From NCBI GenBank assembly GCA_964527545.1, contig CAZGQF010000003.1, forward strand, positions 1,461 through 65,460: a stretch of 64,000 bases of DNA, in the 5' to 3' direction. The DNA comes from Candidatus Undinarchaeota archaeon. Its GTDB lineage: Archaea; SpSt-1190; DYHY01; CAZGQF01. A program made the position numbers and the translations under genes. Below, piece by piece: positions 53,699 through 62,926 of the stretch (position 1 is the first letter of the stretch; every line of letters begins with the position of its first letter). The notes beneath the pieces are model-generated. The model saw only the letters and a list, made by a program, of their open reading frames with translations. It did not search any database and was not told where the DNA came from.

Positions 53699-55035
53699 TG
53701 GAGTTCTTCTGCGTCGACGAGATCAAGGGGCCGGTCGTCGTGGCGAGAGGCGACTTCAGGGCGATGTACGGCGAAGTGATTGAGCTGAACACGCCGTCCG
53801 GCGTGGTGAAGGCGCAGGTGATGGATTCGTCTAAAAAGATGGCAGTGCTGAGGACGTTTGAGAGGCTGGAGGGGGTCAGCAGTGAGGCGATCTCCGCAAG
53901 GTTCACCGGCGAGCTTTTCCAGATGGCCGTGAGCGAGGAGCTCCTGGGCAGGCGGCTCGACGGCTCGGGAAGGCCGACAGACGGCGGCCCAATCATCCTC
54001 GGAGAGAGGAGGGAAATCCAGGGAACCCCGATCAGGCCCTCCCGGCGCGAGCCGCCCCGCGGGATGGTGGAGACAGGCATCAGCAGCATCGACGTGCTGA
54101 ACTCCCTCGTGAAGGGCCAGAAGCTGCCCATCTTCAGCGGATACGGGCTCTCCCACCTCGAGATGCTGGGGAGGCTGCTGAAGGACAGCAGGATAAAGAA
54201 CGGCGAGCTGAAGGTGGTCTTCGCGGGGATGGGCCTCACCTTCGGCGAGTACAGCTTCATCAACAACCTCTTGGAAAGGACAGGGGCGATCCAGCGCAGC
54301 TCCGTCTTCCTGAACAAGGCGACAGACCCCGTTGTCGAGAGGATAGTTTTGCCGCGATTGGCATTGACGACTGCCGAGTTCCTCGCCTTCGACCAGGGCA
54401 TGGACGTCCTCGCCGTCCTCTACGACCTGACCAACTACGCGGAGGCGCTGAGGGAAGTCTCCTCGATGCAGGGCGAGCTTCCTGGGAGGATGGGCTACCC
54501 GCCCTATCTCTACACCGACCTCGCCTCCCTCATGGAGAGGTCGGGAGTCGTCTCCGGCTCTGACGGCTCACTGACGCAGATCCCAATTCTCACCATGCCC
54601 AACGACGACTTGACACATCCCGTACCCGACCTGACAGGCTACATCACTGAAGGCCAGCTGATACTTTCGCGGGAGCTGGAGAAGGAGGGCATCTTCCCGC
54701 CGGTCGACATAATCCCCTCGCTCTCCCGCCTCATGCACTCCGGGACCAAGGGCCTCGTCAGGGAGGACCACAAGTTCATCGGAAACCTGCTCTACTCAAG
54801 CTACTCGAAATACCGCCGCGCAAAGAAGCTCCGCCTCATCTCCGGCGAGGAGGCGCTGAGCGGCGAGGACAAAAAGTACATCGAGTTCGGCGAGGCGCTT
54901 GAGGGAAAGTTCCTCGACCAGGAGGAGAGGAGGGGCTTCGAAAATTCGCTCGACATCGCCTGGGAGGTCGCGAGCCTCCTGCCCGACTTCGAGCTGTCGA
55001 AAGTGCCGGAAGAGTTCAGGGGGCTGCTGAAATGA
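53698..55035 (+). CDS. atpB: A-type ATP synthase subunit B
   Basis: Contains GRRLDGSGRPTDGGP, YDLTNYAEALREVS and PGRMGYPPYLYTDLA. Confidence 0.95.
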   Translation: MEFFCVDEIKGPVVVARGDFRAMYGEVIELNTPSGVVKAQVMDSSKKMAVLRTFERLEGVSSEAISARFTGELFQMAVSEELLGRRLDGSGRPTDGGPIILGERREIQGTPIRPSRREPPRGMVETGISSIDVLNSLVKGQKLPIFSGYGLSHLEMLGRLLKDSRIKNGELKVVFAGMGLTFGEYSFINNLLERTGAIQRSSVFLNKATDPVVERIVLPRLALTTAEFLAFDQGMDVLAVLYDLTNYAEALREVSSMQGELPGRMGYPPYLYTDLASLMERSGVVSGSDGSLTQIPILTMPNDDLTHPVPDLTGYITEGQLILSRELEKEGIFPPVDIIPSLSRLMHSGTKGLVREDHKFIGNLLYSSYSKYRRAKKLRLISGEEALSGEDKKYIEFGEALEGKFLDQEERRGFENSLDIAWEVASLLPDFELSKVPEEFRGLLK

Positions 55036-55661
55036 GCTACTTCGTCAGGCCGAGCAAGGACGAGCTGAGGGGCGTGGAGGAGGAGATAGAGACGCTGAAG
55101 GAGTTCGTGGGCATCATGGAGGAGAGGGCGGCGGCGCTCAGCAGGGAAAGGACCGGCATAGAGCGGGAGATAAAGGAGAAGAGGGCGCGCCTCGACGACA
55201 GGAAGAAAGAGCTGGAAGCCAAGGCCGCGGAGGCGGTAAAGAGGCACGGGCTCCTCGGGTTGAGAAGGATAGCCTTCCTGAGCGGGAGCCAGCTAGAGGT
55301 GGAGACAAAGAAGGAGACCATACTGGGCGTTGACTATCTTTATCCGTCAGTCTACGTGGAGCCGAGGTACTCCTTGACACTCTCCAGCCTGGTGGTCGAC
55401 GACCTGGCCGACTTCTCGGAGAGGTTCTTGGACGACCTCCTCGCGGTAGCCAAGTTCGTGGAGGCTGAGAGATGGCTGACCCGCGAGCTGAAGATGGTGA
55501 GGCGGAAGCTGAACGCGATCAGCAATCTCGTTCTGCCCGAGCTGAAAGAGAAGAGAAAGAAGATCAAGAAGTACCTGGAGGAGAAGGAGAGGGACAACTG
55601 GGTGAAGAGGAAGCAGGTCATCGAGAGCGTGGAAAGAGGAAGCAGGGGAAACCATATTTAG
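55032..55661 (+). CDS. atpD: A-type ATP synthase subunit D
   Basis: Operon position. The long coiled-coil central-stalk protein begins MSYFVRPSKDELRGVEEEIE. Confidence 0.85.
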   Translation: MSYFVRPSKDELRGVEEEIETLKEFVGIMEERAAALSRERTGIEREIKEKRARLDDRKKELEAKAAEAVKRHGLLGLRRIAFLSGSQLEVETKKETILGVDYLYPSVYVEPRYSLTLSSLVVDDLADFSERFLDDLLAVAKFVEAERWLTRELKMVRRKLNAISNLVLPELKEKRKKIKKYLEEKERDNWVKRKQVIESVERGSRGNHI

Positions 55662-55681
55662 TCCGAGGGCGTTGGGAAGCC

Positions 55682-56371
55682 ATGGTCAACATGGCCAACC
55701 TGCAGGCTGTCGCTTCGGACGTGGGAACGAACATCATCATCGGCCTCCTCATCATGGGAGTGGGCTACGGCGTGGCCGCCTTCATCGAGCGGTTCCTCCT
55801 CGAGATCTTCAGGAAGATGGCGGTCGAGAAGGCCCTCAAGGAGAGGGGGCTGGACGACGCCCTGATGGGCTTCACCCTGCCAGGGATCATAGGGGGCATC
55901 GTCAAGTGGACAGTGTTCCTCGGCTTCTTCACCTCCGCCGTCAACGTGATAGAGTCGAGCCTCATCGCCAACAACATAGCGACAACGCCAGTTCTGACCA
56001 ACTTCACAATAACCCTGGTCAATTTCCTGCCCGCCCTCTTGAGCGGCGTGGTGACAATCGTGGTCGGCTTCCTCCTGGCAAAGCACGTCTCCACACAACT
56101 CTCGGAAGGGGAGGGCATCCACTCCAAGACGGTCGGCGCCTTCGCGAGGCTCCTGACAATCTACTTCACGCTGGTGGTGGCTCTCAGCAACCCAGCCTAC
56201 GGCCTCAACTTGAGGCCGGTGACAGACCTCTTCAACAACATCATCCTTGCCATCGCCGTGGGGCTGTGCGGCGGCGTCGGCCTTGGCATAGGCCTCGGGA
56301 TAAAGGACTCAGTCGCCAATGTCTCCAAGAAGTACGAGAAGAGGATAGAGAAGAGTCTGGTGAAGAAGTAG
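55682..56371 (+). CDS. polytopic membrane protein with repeated TM-helix motif
   Basis: Starts at the ATG at 55682 (MVNMANLQAV...). It has several G/I/V-rich helices, and the family is uncertain. The upstream part of the ORF-track call overlaps atpD. Confidence 0.6.
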   Translation: MVNMANLQAVASDVGTNIIIGLLIMGVGYGVAAFIERFLLEIFRKMAVEKALKERGLDDALMGFTLPGIIGGIVKWTVFLGFFTSAVNVIESSLIANNIATTPVLTNFTITLVNFLPALLSGVVTIVVGFLLAKHVSTQLSEGEGIHSKTVGAFARLLTIYFTLVVALSNPAYGLNLRPVTDLFNNIILAIAVGLCGGVGLGIGLGIKDSVANVSKKYEKRIEKSLVKK

Positions 56372-56463
56372 CTGTCGGAAGGGCTGCCCAAAGCCATTGT
56401 CCCATTTCAGGCCGCCCTCCACCGTTAAATATCCGTCCCGCGGGTCCTTGGAGAGGGTGAGAA

Positions 56464-57297
56464 TTGATAGCTGAAGTCTTCTTGGAGACGGTGAAGATCC
56501 TCTCCATGGTCTTCGTCTTGATGACTTTAGTGGAGTATCTCGTCTTGCGGTTCGAGGAGGAAATCAAGAGGAAAGTGACGGGCAGGCCCTGGACGCAGTA
56601 CGTCGCCGCCTCCGCCCTAGGCGCCATCCCTGGCTGCATGGACGCCTTCTTCGTGGTCTCGCTCTACATCTCCGGCGTGGTCGGCTTCGGCGCCCTATCG
56701 TCGGTGATGCTCTCGACAGCTGGCGACGAGGCCTTCGTGATGCTGGCCATGATACCTGACGCCGCGATTCAGGTCTTCGCTGCCTGCTTTGCCCTGGGCG
56801 TGGTGGGAGGCTACCTGGGCGACCTCTTCGCCGAGAAGCTGGACCTCAAGCTCTGCAAGAGCTGCGAGGTTCCGATCCACAAGGTCGAGAAGAGAGTCGA
56901 CCTCCGCCACTTTCTAAAGGAGCACGTCTGGGAGCACATAATCAAGCAGCACATCCCCCAGCTCTTCGCCTGGCTCTTCTTCACTCTTATCGCCGTCGAA
57001 TGGCTGATCTCAAACTTCGATCTGGAGGCCCTGCTGCCTGAAAGCAGGCTCTGGCTGATAATCTTCGCCGCCCTCCTCGGCGCCATCCCAGAGTCAGGCC
57101 CCCATCTCATGCTCGTCGTCCTCTTCTCCAAGGGCCTCATCCCCTTCTCAGTCCTCCTCGTCAACACCCTCAGCCAGGACGGCCACGGCCTCCTCCCCCT
57201 CCTCTCCCACTCCCTCGAGGACACACTCTACGTCCAGGTGTTCACCACGCTCTTCGCCCTCGGAGTCGGCCTCCTGCTCTTCCTGCTAGGTTTTTGA
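56464..57297 (+). CDS. polytopic membrane protein (possible ArsP_2/DUF2899-type permease)
   Basis: About 8-10 predicted TM helices, with a GAIPGCMDAF motif. TTG start. The family assignment is tentative. Confidence 0.55.
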   Translation: MIAEVFLETVKILSMVFVLMTLVEYLVLRFEEEIKRKVTGRPWTQYVAASALGAIPGCMDAFFVVSLYISGVVGFGALSSVMLSTAGDEAFVMLAMIPDAAIQVFAACFALGVVGGYLGDLFAEKLDLKLCKSCEVPIHKVEKRVDLRHFLKEHVWEHIIKQHIPQLFAWLFFTLIAVEWLISNFDLEALLPESRLWLIIFAALLGAIPESGPHLMLVVLFSKGLIPFSVLLVNTLSQDGHGLLPLLSHSLEDTLYVQVFTTLFALGVGLLLFLLGF

Positions 57298-57311
57298 CAA
57301 AGAGAAATTAG

Positions 57312-57386
57312 TGCCCCCGCCGGGATTTGAACCCGAGTCACCGGATTGAGAGTCCGGTATTCTTGGCCGAGCTAAACTACAGGGGC
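57312..57386 (-). tRNA. tRNA-Glu (anticodon CUC)
   Basis: Manual cloverleaf. The acceptor stem is GCCCCUG/CGGGGGC. The anticodon arm is CCGGA-CUCUCAA-UCCGG. The T arm is UCGGG-UUCAAAU-CCCGG and the discriminator is A. No CCA is encoded. Confidence 0.9.
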
Positions 57387-57408
57387 TCCCTAATGAGGGG
57401 CTCCAACC

Positions 57409-57421
57409 GGTTTTTAAAACC
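57409..57421 (-). promoter_or_regulatory. TATA box for tRNA-Glu
   Basis: GGTTTTTAAAACC is centred about 29 nt upstream of the tRNA 5' end. Confidence 0.5.
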
Positions 57422-57426
57422 ACCGC

Positions 57427-57564
57427 TCACGTCGGCGACGAGAACTCAAGAGAGTAGATGACAACCAGGCCGATGAGCCCGAGTCCCCAGGCGAGGTTCC
57501 TGTCCTGGACAAGCATCATGACTCCTATCAGGATCAGGGCGAGAAATATGTACTTCGCTATCAT
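57427..57564 (-). CDS. possible 45-aa two-TM micropeptide
   Basis: Manual translation gives MIAKYIFLALILIGVMMLVQDRNLAWGLGLIGLVVIYSLEFSSPT. It is below the ORF-track cut-off, so this call is speculative. Confidence 0.25.
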   Translation of the reverse strand: MIAKYIFLALILIGVMMLVQDRNLAWGLGLIGLVVIYSLEFSSPT

Positions 57565-57744
57565 CCAAAAGGGAAGTGGACCTGATAGTTATATTAATTA
57601 CGCGAGCGTAAGGGGTATGGAGGGAGGGGTGTGAGTCTACCTGTGCTCTTAGCCGTAGGTCTGTTCACCGGAGCCCTGATACTCTACTTCAGCGGCGAGC
57701 TGATGTAAGAGGGGGAGGGTCTCTCTTGTAGGCACCCCTATTGA

Positions 57745-58494
57745 CTACAACTCCTTCACGAGCTTCTTGATCTTCTCAGTCCTGTACTCGTAGGGGATCT
57801 TCTTCTTTGCCAGGGCGGCCCGGACAGCGTAGGCGCCGGCGAGGCCGCGCACTTCGGGCATGACGAACGGGAGAGTGTCCATCACCTTCTTGCCTAGGCC
57901 GGGGTCTATCGCCTTCTTTGTCTCGTCGATCATCCCCTCGAAGCGGGAGATGTCGACGCCAAGCTTATCGAAGAAGAAGGGAAGCTTGAGGAGTACTTCG
58001 TCGTCGATCCTGGCCGCGAACTCGATGAACTTGCGGAAGTGGTCGCCCTCCTCTATCTCCAACTCTATGGTCTTGTCCCAGAGCTTGTGCTTCGCCTGGA
58101 ACCTGAGCCTGCCCGCCGTCTTGAAGGTCCGCGACTCCTCGACTGTGGAGGGGTCGTAGGCAAGCGGGACTTCGCTCACGATCATGGCGTTCCTCATGAC
58201 ATAGGCAAGTATCATCCTCCGCAGTCCGCGAGGCACGGAGGTCACCGCCTTGCGGACCGCCTTCTTCAGGTTTTTGTCGAGGACCATTCCCACGCTGTCC
58301 CTTGCCTTCTTCAGTTTCGTCTTCTCCACGCCGAGCTCGACGAGGAGGTCTGGTATCTTCCTCTCCACCTCTTTGTCGAGGATTGTCGCGAAGGTCAGGA
58401 ACTTGCTTATCTCGTCCGTCGGTCTCACGCGGCTCCTGTAGACCGCTTTCCAGGAACGGTGGCTCGCCAAGAAATCGAGTGTGCCTTTCTCCAT
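57745..58494 (-). CDS. hypothetical protein with an internal duplication (2 x ~100 aa)
   Basis: The two halves align colinearly. Half 1 is KFLTFATILDKEVERKIPDLLVELGVEKTK...AYVMRNAMI. Half 2 is KFIEFAARIDDEVLLKLPFFFDKLGVDISR...AYAVRAALA. No family recognised. Confidence 0.6.
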   Translation of the reverse strand: MEKGTLDFLASHRSWKAVYRSRVRPTDEISKFLTFATILDKEVERKIPDLLVELGVEKTKLKKARDSVGMVLDKNLKKAVRKAVTSVPRGLRRMILAYVMRNAMIVSEVPLAYDPSTVEESRTFKTAGRLRFQAKHKLWDKTIELEIEEGDHFRKFIEFAARIDDEVLLKLPFFFDKLGVDISRFEGMIDETKKAIDPGLGKKVMDTLPFVMPEVRGLAGAYAVRAALAKKKIPYEYRTEKIKKLVKEL

Positions 58495-58515
58495 GGCCGT
58501 CCCCCACCCGGCCTG

Positions 58516-58531
58516 TTAATAAAACTTATAT
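58516..58531 (+). promoter_or_regulatory. TATA box for tRNA-Leu
   Basis: ttaataaaacttatat is centred about 28 nt upstream of the tRNA 5' end. Confidence 0.5.
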
Positions 58532-58553
58532 CGGGTCCGCGCCATGCTGGGAT

Positions 58554-58638
58554 GCGGGGGTACTCAAGTCCGGAAAAGAGGCAGGACTTAAGATCCTGTT
58601 GCCTAGCGCATGCGTGGGTTCAAATCCCACCCCCCGCA
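58554..58638 (+). tRNA. tRNA-Leu (anticodon UAA), class II with a long variable arm
   Basis: The acceptor stem is GCGGGGG/CCCCCGC. The anticodon arm is CAGGA-CUUAAGA-UCCUG. The T arm is GUGGG-UUCAAAU-CCCAC and the discriminator is A. Confidence 0.9.
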
Positions 58639-59976
58639 TTGGGAGAGAACGCGCGGCCTTGGAGACTCCTCCTGCTGTCGGTGGTTTTCGGCTCTTTTGT
58701 TTTCAGGGCTTTCCTGGTCGGCAACACCACCTTCAACTCGTGGGACGAAGCGGAGTTCGCCCTCCTCGCTGAAAGCCTGAGAGAGGGGCGGTACTCCCTG
58801 ATGGGCGAGCCGTTCAAGCTCCATCCTCCCTTCTTTGCAATGCTGAACGCGTCGGTCAGGGCAGCATCAAAATTGGGGCTCATCTCCTACAGGCTGGTCT
58901 CCGTCGTCATGGGCTCCATGGCCGCCGTCGCCCTCTACCTTTTCGGCAAGAAGCTGGACGGGAGAGCGGGCACCTATGCCGCCATGCTGCTCTCGCTCAG
59001 CCCTTTCTTCTTCCAGTTCTCCTCCAGGGCGTTCTCTGACGCGACACTCTCCTTCTTCCTTCTCTTCTCAGTCTACACGCACCTCTACAGGCGGGGTGTC
59101 TGCTGGCTGATGGTCTTCTCTTCCGCCCTTATCAAGCTCTCCTCGCTGGTCGCCCTCGTTCTCATGAACGCCCTCGACCTTTTCGAAGGCCGCCTGAGAG
59201 AGGGGATGAGCGTCTATCTCCCCTACCTCTCCGCCTATGCCTTCTGGAAATGCTTCTCATTCCTCAACTCCCTGCGCATGGGCGAGCCGGCCGGAGAGGC
59301 GGCAGGCGGGTACAACTGGCTCTTGGAAGGCCTCGGTGTGGTGGTGCCCGAGAGCTCGAGGCAGTCCGCCCTCTTCTACCTCCAGAACCTCCACTTCCTG
59401 GCGCCTTTCTTCCCCGTCCTCGCTCTCTCTGCCTTGGCTGTTTTCTTGGCGGAGAGGAGGAGAAAGGAGCTTGCCATGCTTTTGGTGCCGCTCCTCTTCA
59501 TGACACTCTGGAGCGTGAAGACGCCGCGCTACTTTGTCCCCGTGGCGCCCATCCTCTTCCTGCCAATCGGCGTTGCTCTCTCCCGACTGGAGAAGGTGAA
59601 CAAGCTGGTGCCGCTCGCCCTCATTTTCCTTGTCGCCCTACAGTTTCCGGAGAGAACGTCCTGGATGGCAGACGACAGTTTTGAGTGGCTCGACTGCGGG
59701 GCCTACTTGAAGGAGAACACTGAAAGCGGCATAGCGACAACTTCGCCAATGGAGGTCGGCCTCTACTCCGGCCGAGAGGTGGCAGTCCCCCACGAGCACA
59801 CACTGGAGCAGTTCACAAAGATCCAAGAAAACTCGGGATGGGTCGTCCTGGCGGAGAGGTACGAGGGGGACTTCCAGCGCATCCACGAAGACGTGGAGGG
59901 AAGGAGACTGCCGCTAGTCCAGGAGGTGCCTTACGCAGGCATCCGCGTCCTGGAAAACACGAGGCGTCAAGACTAA
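58639..59976 (+). CDS. GT-C-fold glycosyltransferase (PMT/ArnT-like, GT39/GT83-type)
   Basis: There are more than 10 TM helices, and the first-loop acidic motif is SWDEAEFALLAESL. The start is uncertain, either the TTG at 58639 directly after the tRNA or the GTG at 58681. The ORF-track N-terminus (58039-58638) runs through tRNA-Leu and antisense to the neighbouring gene, so it is discarded. Confidence 0.7.
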   Translation: MGENARPWRLLLLSVVFGSFVFRAFLVGNTTFNSWDEAEFALLAESLREGRYSLMGEPFKLHPPFFAMLNASVRAASKLGLISYRLVSVVMGSMAAVALYLFGKKLDGRAGTYAAMLLSLSPFFFQFSSRAFSDATLSFFLLFSVYTHLYRRGVCWLMVFSSALIKLSSLVALVLMNALDLFEGRLREGMSVYLPYLSAYAFWKCFSFLNSLRMGEPAGEAAGGYNWLLEGLGVVVPESSRQSALFYLQNLHFLAPFFPVLALSALAVFLAERRRKELAMLLVPLLFMTLWSVKTPRYFVPVAPILFLPIGVALSRLEKVNKLVPLALIFLVALQFPERTSWMADDSFEWLDCGAYLKENTESGIATTSPMEVGLYSGREVAVPHEHTLEQFTKIQENSGWVVLAERYEGDFQRIHEDVEGRRLPLVQEVPYAGIRVLENTRRQD

Positions 59977-60008
59977 AAAGAGACGGCCCCCACGAGGGAG
60001 GGAAGATC

Positions 60009-60428
60009 ATGGACAAGGAAGTTAAGGGACCGACAGTGGTCTGCAGCGCGTTCATCGAGAGGGGAGGGAAGTTCCTCCTCGTCTTCTGCCCAAGGTTCAA
60101 AGTCTGGAGGGTACCGGGAGGGCGGGCCGAGTTTGAGGAGAAACTGGAAAAGACATTGAAAAGGGAGATGAAAGAGGAGATAGGCGTGGAGGTGGAGAAG
60201 CCGAGGTTCGTCGGCTGGGGCCAGGACCACCAATTCCACGTGAAGGACGAGAAAAGGACCTCAAGGCTGCTGATGTTCTTCCACGCAGAGGTGGAGGGCG
60301 AACTGACACTGGACCCGGACGAGGCAGAAAACCACAAGTGGGTCACCTTCGGGGAGCTGAGAGAGCATCCCGACAAGGAAGGGGCGCTTGACGACTTTCT
60401 GCAAAAGAGCCCAGGCTTCAGCCCGTAG
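60009..60428 (+). CDS. NUDIX hydrolase
   Basis: The Nudix box is GGRAEFEEKLEKTLKREMKEEIGV. Starts at the ATG at 60009. Confidence 0.85.
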   Translation: MDKEVKGPTVVCSAFIERGGKFLLVFCPRFKVWRVPGGRAEFEEKLEKTLKREMKEEIGVEVEKPRFVGWGQDHQFHVKDEKRTSRLLMFFHAEVEGELTLDPDEAENHKWVTFGELREHPDKEGALDDFLQKSPGFSP

Positions 60429-60433
60429 ACTCA

Positions 60434-61090
60434 CTAATCCAACAGCGAGGAATTGACTTTTCTGACAAGCTCATCGAAGCTCTCCCTGCAGGCCTTCTCC
60501 TCTTTGTAGGAACCATTATCTCTCTTCTCATACATTTCCTTGGCCAAGGGAACCGACAGCTCATCGACTGCTGTGAGGACCGCCTCGTAGAGGCTCTCTC
60601 CGTAGGAGATCCCCCTCGGGTTGAAGCCCGGAATCGAGTGGAACTTCTCCTTGAGCCTGTTTTTCATCTCGTTTTTCTCTCTCTTCGTCTTCATGGAGCC
60701 GAAAGCGAATGCGAGCGGGGCCTTGAGGTTCTCGTCGAGCCTGCTCTCAGGCAGGCCGCTGATCGCCTCCCTCACCTCTTCGACATATCTGTCGTCTTCG
60801 AGCTTCTCCTCGTCGATTGGCACTATGGCATAGAAGCTCCCGCCCATCGACGATATGCTCCCATCCTTCTTGGCCGAAAGGTAGATCTTCTCATCTTCCC
60901 CTATCTCGCCCGTGGTCCAGACCACCGACTTGACGGAGATTTTCTCGTCGACTTCCAGCTGCTTGGTGAAAAACCAAAGCCGCCTCAGGGGGTTGGCTTC
61001 CCCTATCGCTGACTCCTCGATCTCGTCCTTCTGCTCTTGAGTGCCTATCAGGAAGCCTTTGAAGATGTATTCTGCTCTCTTCTTCTCCAT
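60434..61090 (-). CDS. hypothetical protein (218 aa)
   Basis: Normal composition. No family recognised. Confidence 0.5.
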   Translation of the reverse strand: MEKKRAEYIFKGFLIGTQEQKDEIEESAIGEANPLRRLWFFTKQLEVDEKISVKSVVWTTGEIGEDEKIYLSAKKDGSISSMGGSFYAIVPIDEEKLEDDRYVEEVREAISGLPESRLDENLKAPLAFAFGSMKTKREKNEMKNRLKEKFHSIPGFNPRGISYGESLYEAVLTAVDELSVPLAKEMYEKRDNGSYKEEKACRESFDELVRKVNSSLLD

Positions 61091-61140
61091 GCAAAAGATA
61101 GGAGCCCCTCTTCTTTTTAAATTTAACTATTATTTAGTGG

Positions 61141-61434
61141 TTAACCTTTCCTGCGGAGCACTTTCTTGAAGACGAAGAAGACGACGCCCGCGATGATCGA
61201 AAAATTGACGAGTTCGGAGAAAAAGGCGCCCCATGTCAGATTGATGGGGCCGACGACGGTGGCAGCGTCGGCGAGACGGCCTTCCCGCACGAGCGGCGCG
61301 ACCAGCGGCATCACCATGTTGTCGACAAAAGAGCGGGCGAGGTCATTGACCGCCTGGCCCATGATGAAGGCGAGGGCGATGGCGCCGACTTTGTACTCCC
61401 TCAAGAACTCGCGGAACTCTTTGGCAAGGCCCAT
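61141..61434 (-). CDS. mscL: large-conductance mechanosensitive channel
   Basis: MGLAKEFREFLREYKVGAIALAFIMGQAVNDLARSFVDNMVMPLV... 97 aa with two TM helices. The track ORF extension to 61743 is discarded. Confidence 0.85.
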   Translation of the reverse strand: MGLAKEFREFLREYKVGAIALAFIMGQAVNDLARSFVDNMVMPLVAPLVREGRLADAATVVGPINLTWGAFFSELVNFSIIAGVVFFVFKKVLRRKG

Positions 61435-61507
61435 GGGAAGGGGAGCGCATCCAGCTATATTTGGCTTTCCCCGCAAAGCAAATAACGGGGTGGGGGAAGG
61501 CGGGCGC

Positions 61508-62119
61508 ATGGTCAACGCCTGGGACCGCATCTTCAGGGAGAAGGGGCAGGTCTTCGAGGAGCCGCATCCTGAGATGAGGAGAGTGGAGCAGATGGTGAGG
61601 AGAAAGGGCGGCCAGCGCGTCCTCGACCTCGGCTGCGGGACTGGCCGCCACCTGGTTTTCTTCGCAGAGAGGGGATTTGAGGTCCACGGCATCGACGAGT
61701 CGCCAGAGGCCCTGAGAAGGGCGAGGCTCTGGCTGGCCGCCAAGCTGCAGAAAGCGGATCTCCGGGAGCAGTCGATCTACGATAAGCTGCCTTACGAGGA
61801 CGGCTTCTTCGACTGCGTCATTGCCACCAACTCCATCCACCACGGGATGAAGTACGAAGTCGAAGGGGCTGTGGAGGAGGCGGGAAGGGTCCTCAAAAAG
61901 GGAGGTGTGATTTTCGCCACAGTGCCAAGCGGCGTTGGCAAGGGCTGGAAGGCGAGAAAGATCGCAGAAGACACATTTTTCCCCACGGAGGGGGACGAAG
62001 CAGGCCTCATCCACTTCGTCTTCGACAAGACCTCCATCTACGATCTCTTCTGGCAGTTCAAGCTCGAGATCTGGGAGGAAAGAGGCAACCACTTCTGCAT
62101 CCTGGGCGAGAAGGAATAG
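61508..62119 (+). CDS. class I SAM-dependent methyltransferase
   Basis: Motif I is VLDLGCGTGRH. The post-I acidic residue is in HGIDES. Confidence 0.8.
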   Translation: MVNAWDRIFREKGQVFEEPHPEMRRVEQMVRRKGGQRVLDLGCGTGRHLVFFAERGFEVHGIDESPEALRRARLWLAAKLQKADLREQSIYDKLPYEDGFFDCVIATNSIHHGMKYEVEGAVEEAGRVLKKGGVIFATVPSGVGKGWKARKIAEDTFFPTEGDEAGLIHFVFDKTSIYDLFWQFKLEIWEERGNHFCILGEKE

Positions 62120-62156
62120 AGAAAGAGTTAAAAATGGTCTAAATGGCCTCCCATTT

Positions 62157-62504
62157 ATGAGAAGAGGGCCTACCAACCCCATACTCGCGGGGCTCATAGA
62201 GGAGCTGAAGAAAGCGGAAGCTCCAATATGGCGCGACGTGGCCCGGAGGCTCTCAAAGCCGAACAGGATACGGCCCGAGGTCAACGTCTCGCGACTGCAG
62301 AGGTACGCAAAGGAGGGTGAGGTCGTGATCGTCCCAGGCAAGCTGTTGGGGGCCGGCCTGCTCGACAAGAAACTGACTGTCAGCGCATTCTCCTTCAGCA
62401 GCAAGGCGAGAGAGAAAGTGGAAGGGGCTGGCGGAAAGTGCATCACAATCAAGAAGCTAACTGAAGAGAAGCCCAAGGGGTCAGGGGTGAGGGTGTTCCA
62501 ATGA
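62157..62504 (+). CDS. rpl18e: 50S ribosomal protein L18e
   Basis: MRRGPTNPILAGLIEELKKAEAPIWRDVARRLSKPNRIRPEVNVSRL... Confidence 0.9.
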   Translation: MRRGPTNPILAGLIEELKKAEAPIWRDVARRLSKPNRIRPEVNVSRLQRYAKEGEVVIVPGKLLGAGLLDKKLTVSAFSFSSKAREKVEGAGGKCITIKKLTEEKPKGSGVRVFQ

Positions 62505-62926
62505 CGGTCATAGACGCGACAGACTGCATACTGGGCAGGATGAGCTCCGCAATCGCGAAGAGGCTCCTGCTCGGGGAGAAGATAGATTTGGTCAACGCGG
62601 AGAAGGCCGTGGTGACGGGAAGGAAAGACGAAGTCACTCACGAATACTTGGAGAAGGCGAAGATAGGCTCGCGGGACTGGGGTCCCTTCTGGCCGAAGTC
62701 GCCGGAGAGGATAGTCAAGAGAACAGTCAGGGGGATGCTTCCCTACGGCAAGGCGAGGGGGAAGGAGGCCTTCAAGAGGCTAAGGACTCACATCGGCGTG
62801 CCGGAGAAGCTGGCCAAGGAGAAGGCCGAGAAGCTGGAGGAGTCGGAACTCTCACGCTCCTCCGCGCACAACTTCGTCAGGGTCGCGGAGATCTCCCGCG
62901 CGCTGGGAGGCAGTTGGAATGAGTAA
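62501..62926 (+). CDS. rpl13: 50S ribosomal protein L13
   Basis: VIDATDCILGRMSSAIAKRLLLGEKIDLVNAEKAVVTG. Confidence 0.9.
   Translation: MTVIDATDCILGRMSSAIAKRLLLGEKIDLVNAEKAVVTGRKDEVTHEYLEKAKIGSRDWGPFWPKSPERIVKRTVRGMLPYGKARGKEAFKRLRTHIGVPEKLAKEKAEKLEESELSRSSAHNFVRVAEISRALGGSWNE

Noticed and set aside
51974-55035. Intein or programmed frameshift in atpA/atpB.
   Set aside because: Both proteins are of normal length with contiguous motifs, and there is no insertion.
58039-58638. N-terminal 200 aa of the 645-aa ORF 58039..59976.
   Set aside because: This part runs antisense through the 57745..58494 gene and straight through tRNA-Leu. Only the part after the tRNA shows the GT-C membrane-protein character.
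57312-58638. tRNA-flanked 1.2-kb islet as an integrated mobile element.
   Set aside because: There is no integrase, no duplicated tRNA 3' end or att-like direct repeat, and no compositional break large enough to judge.
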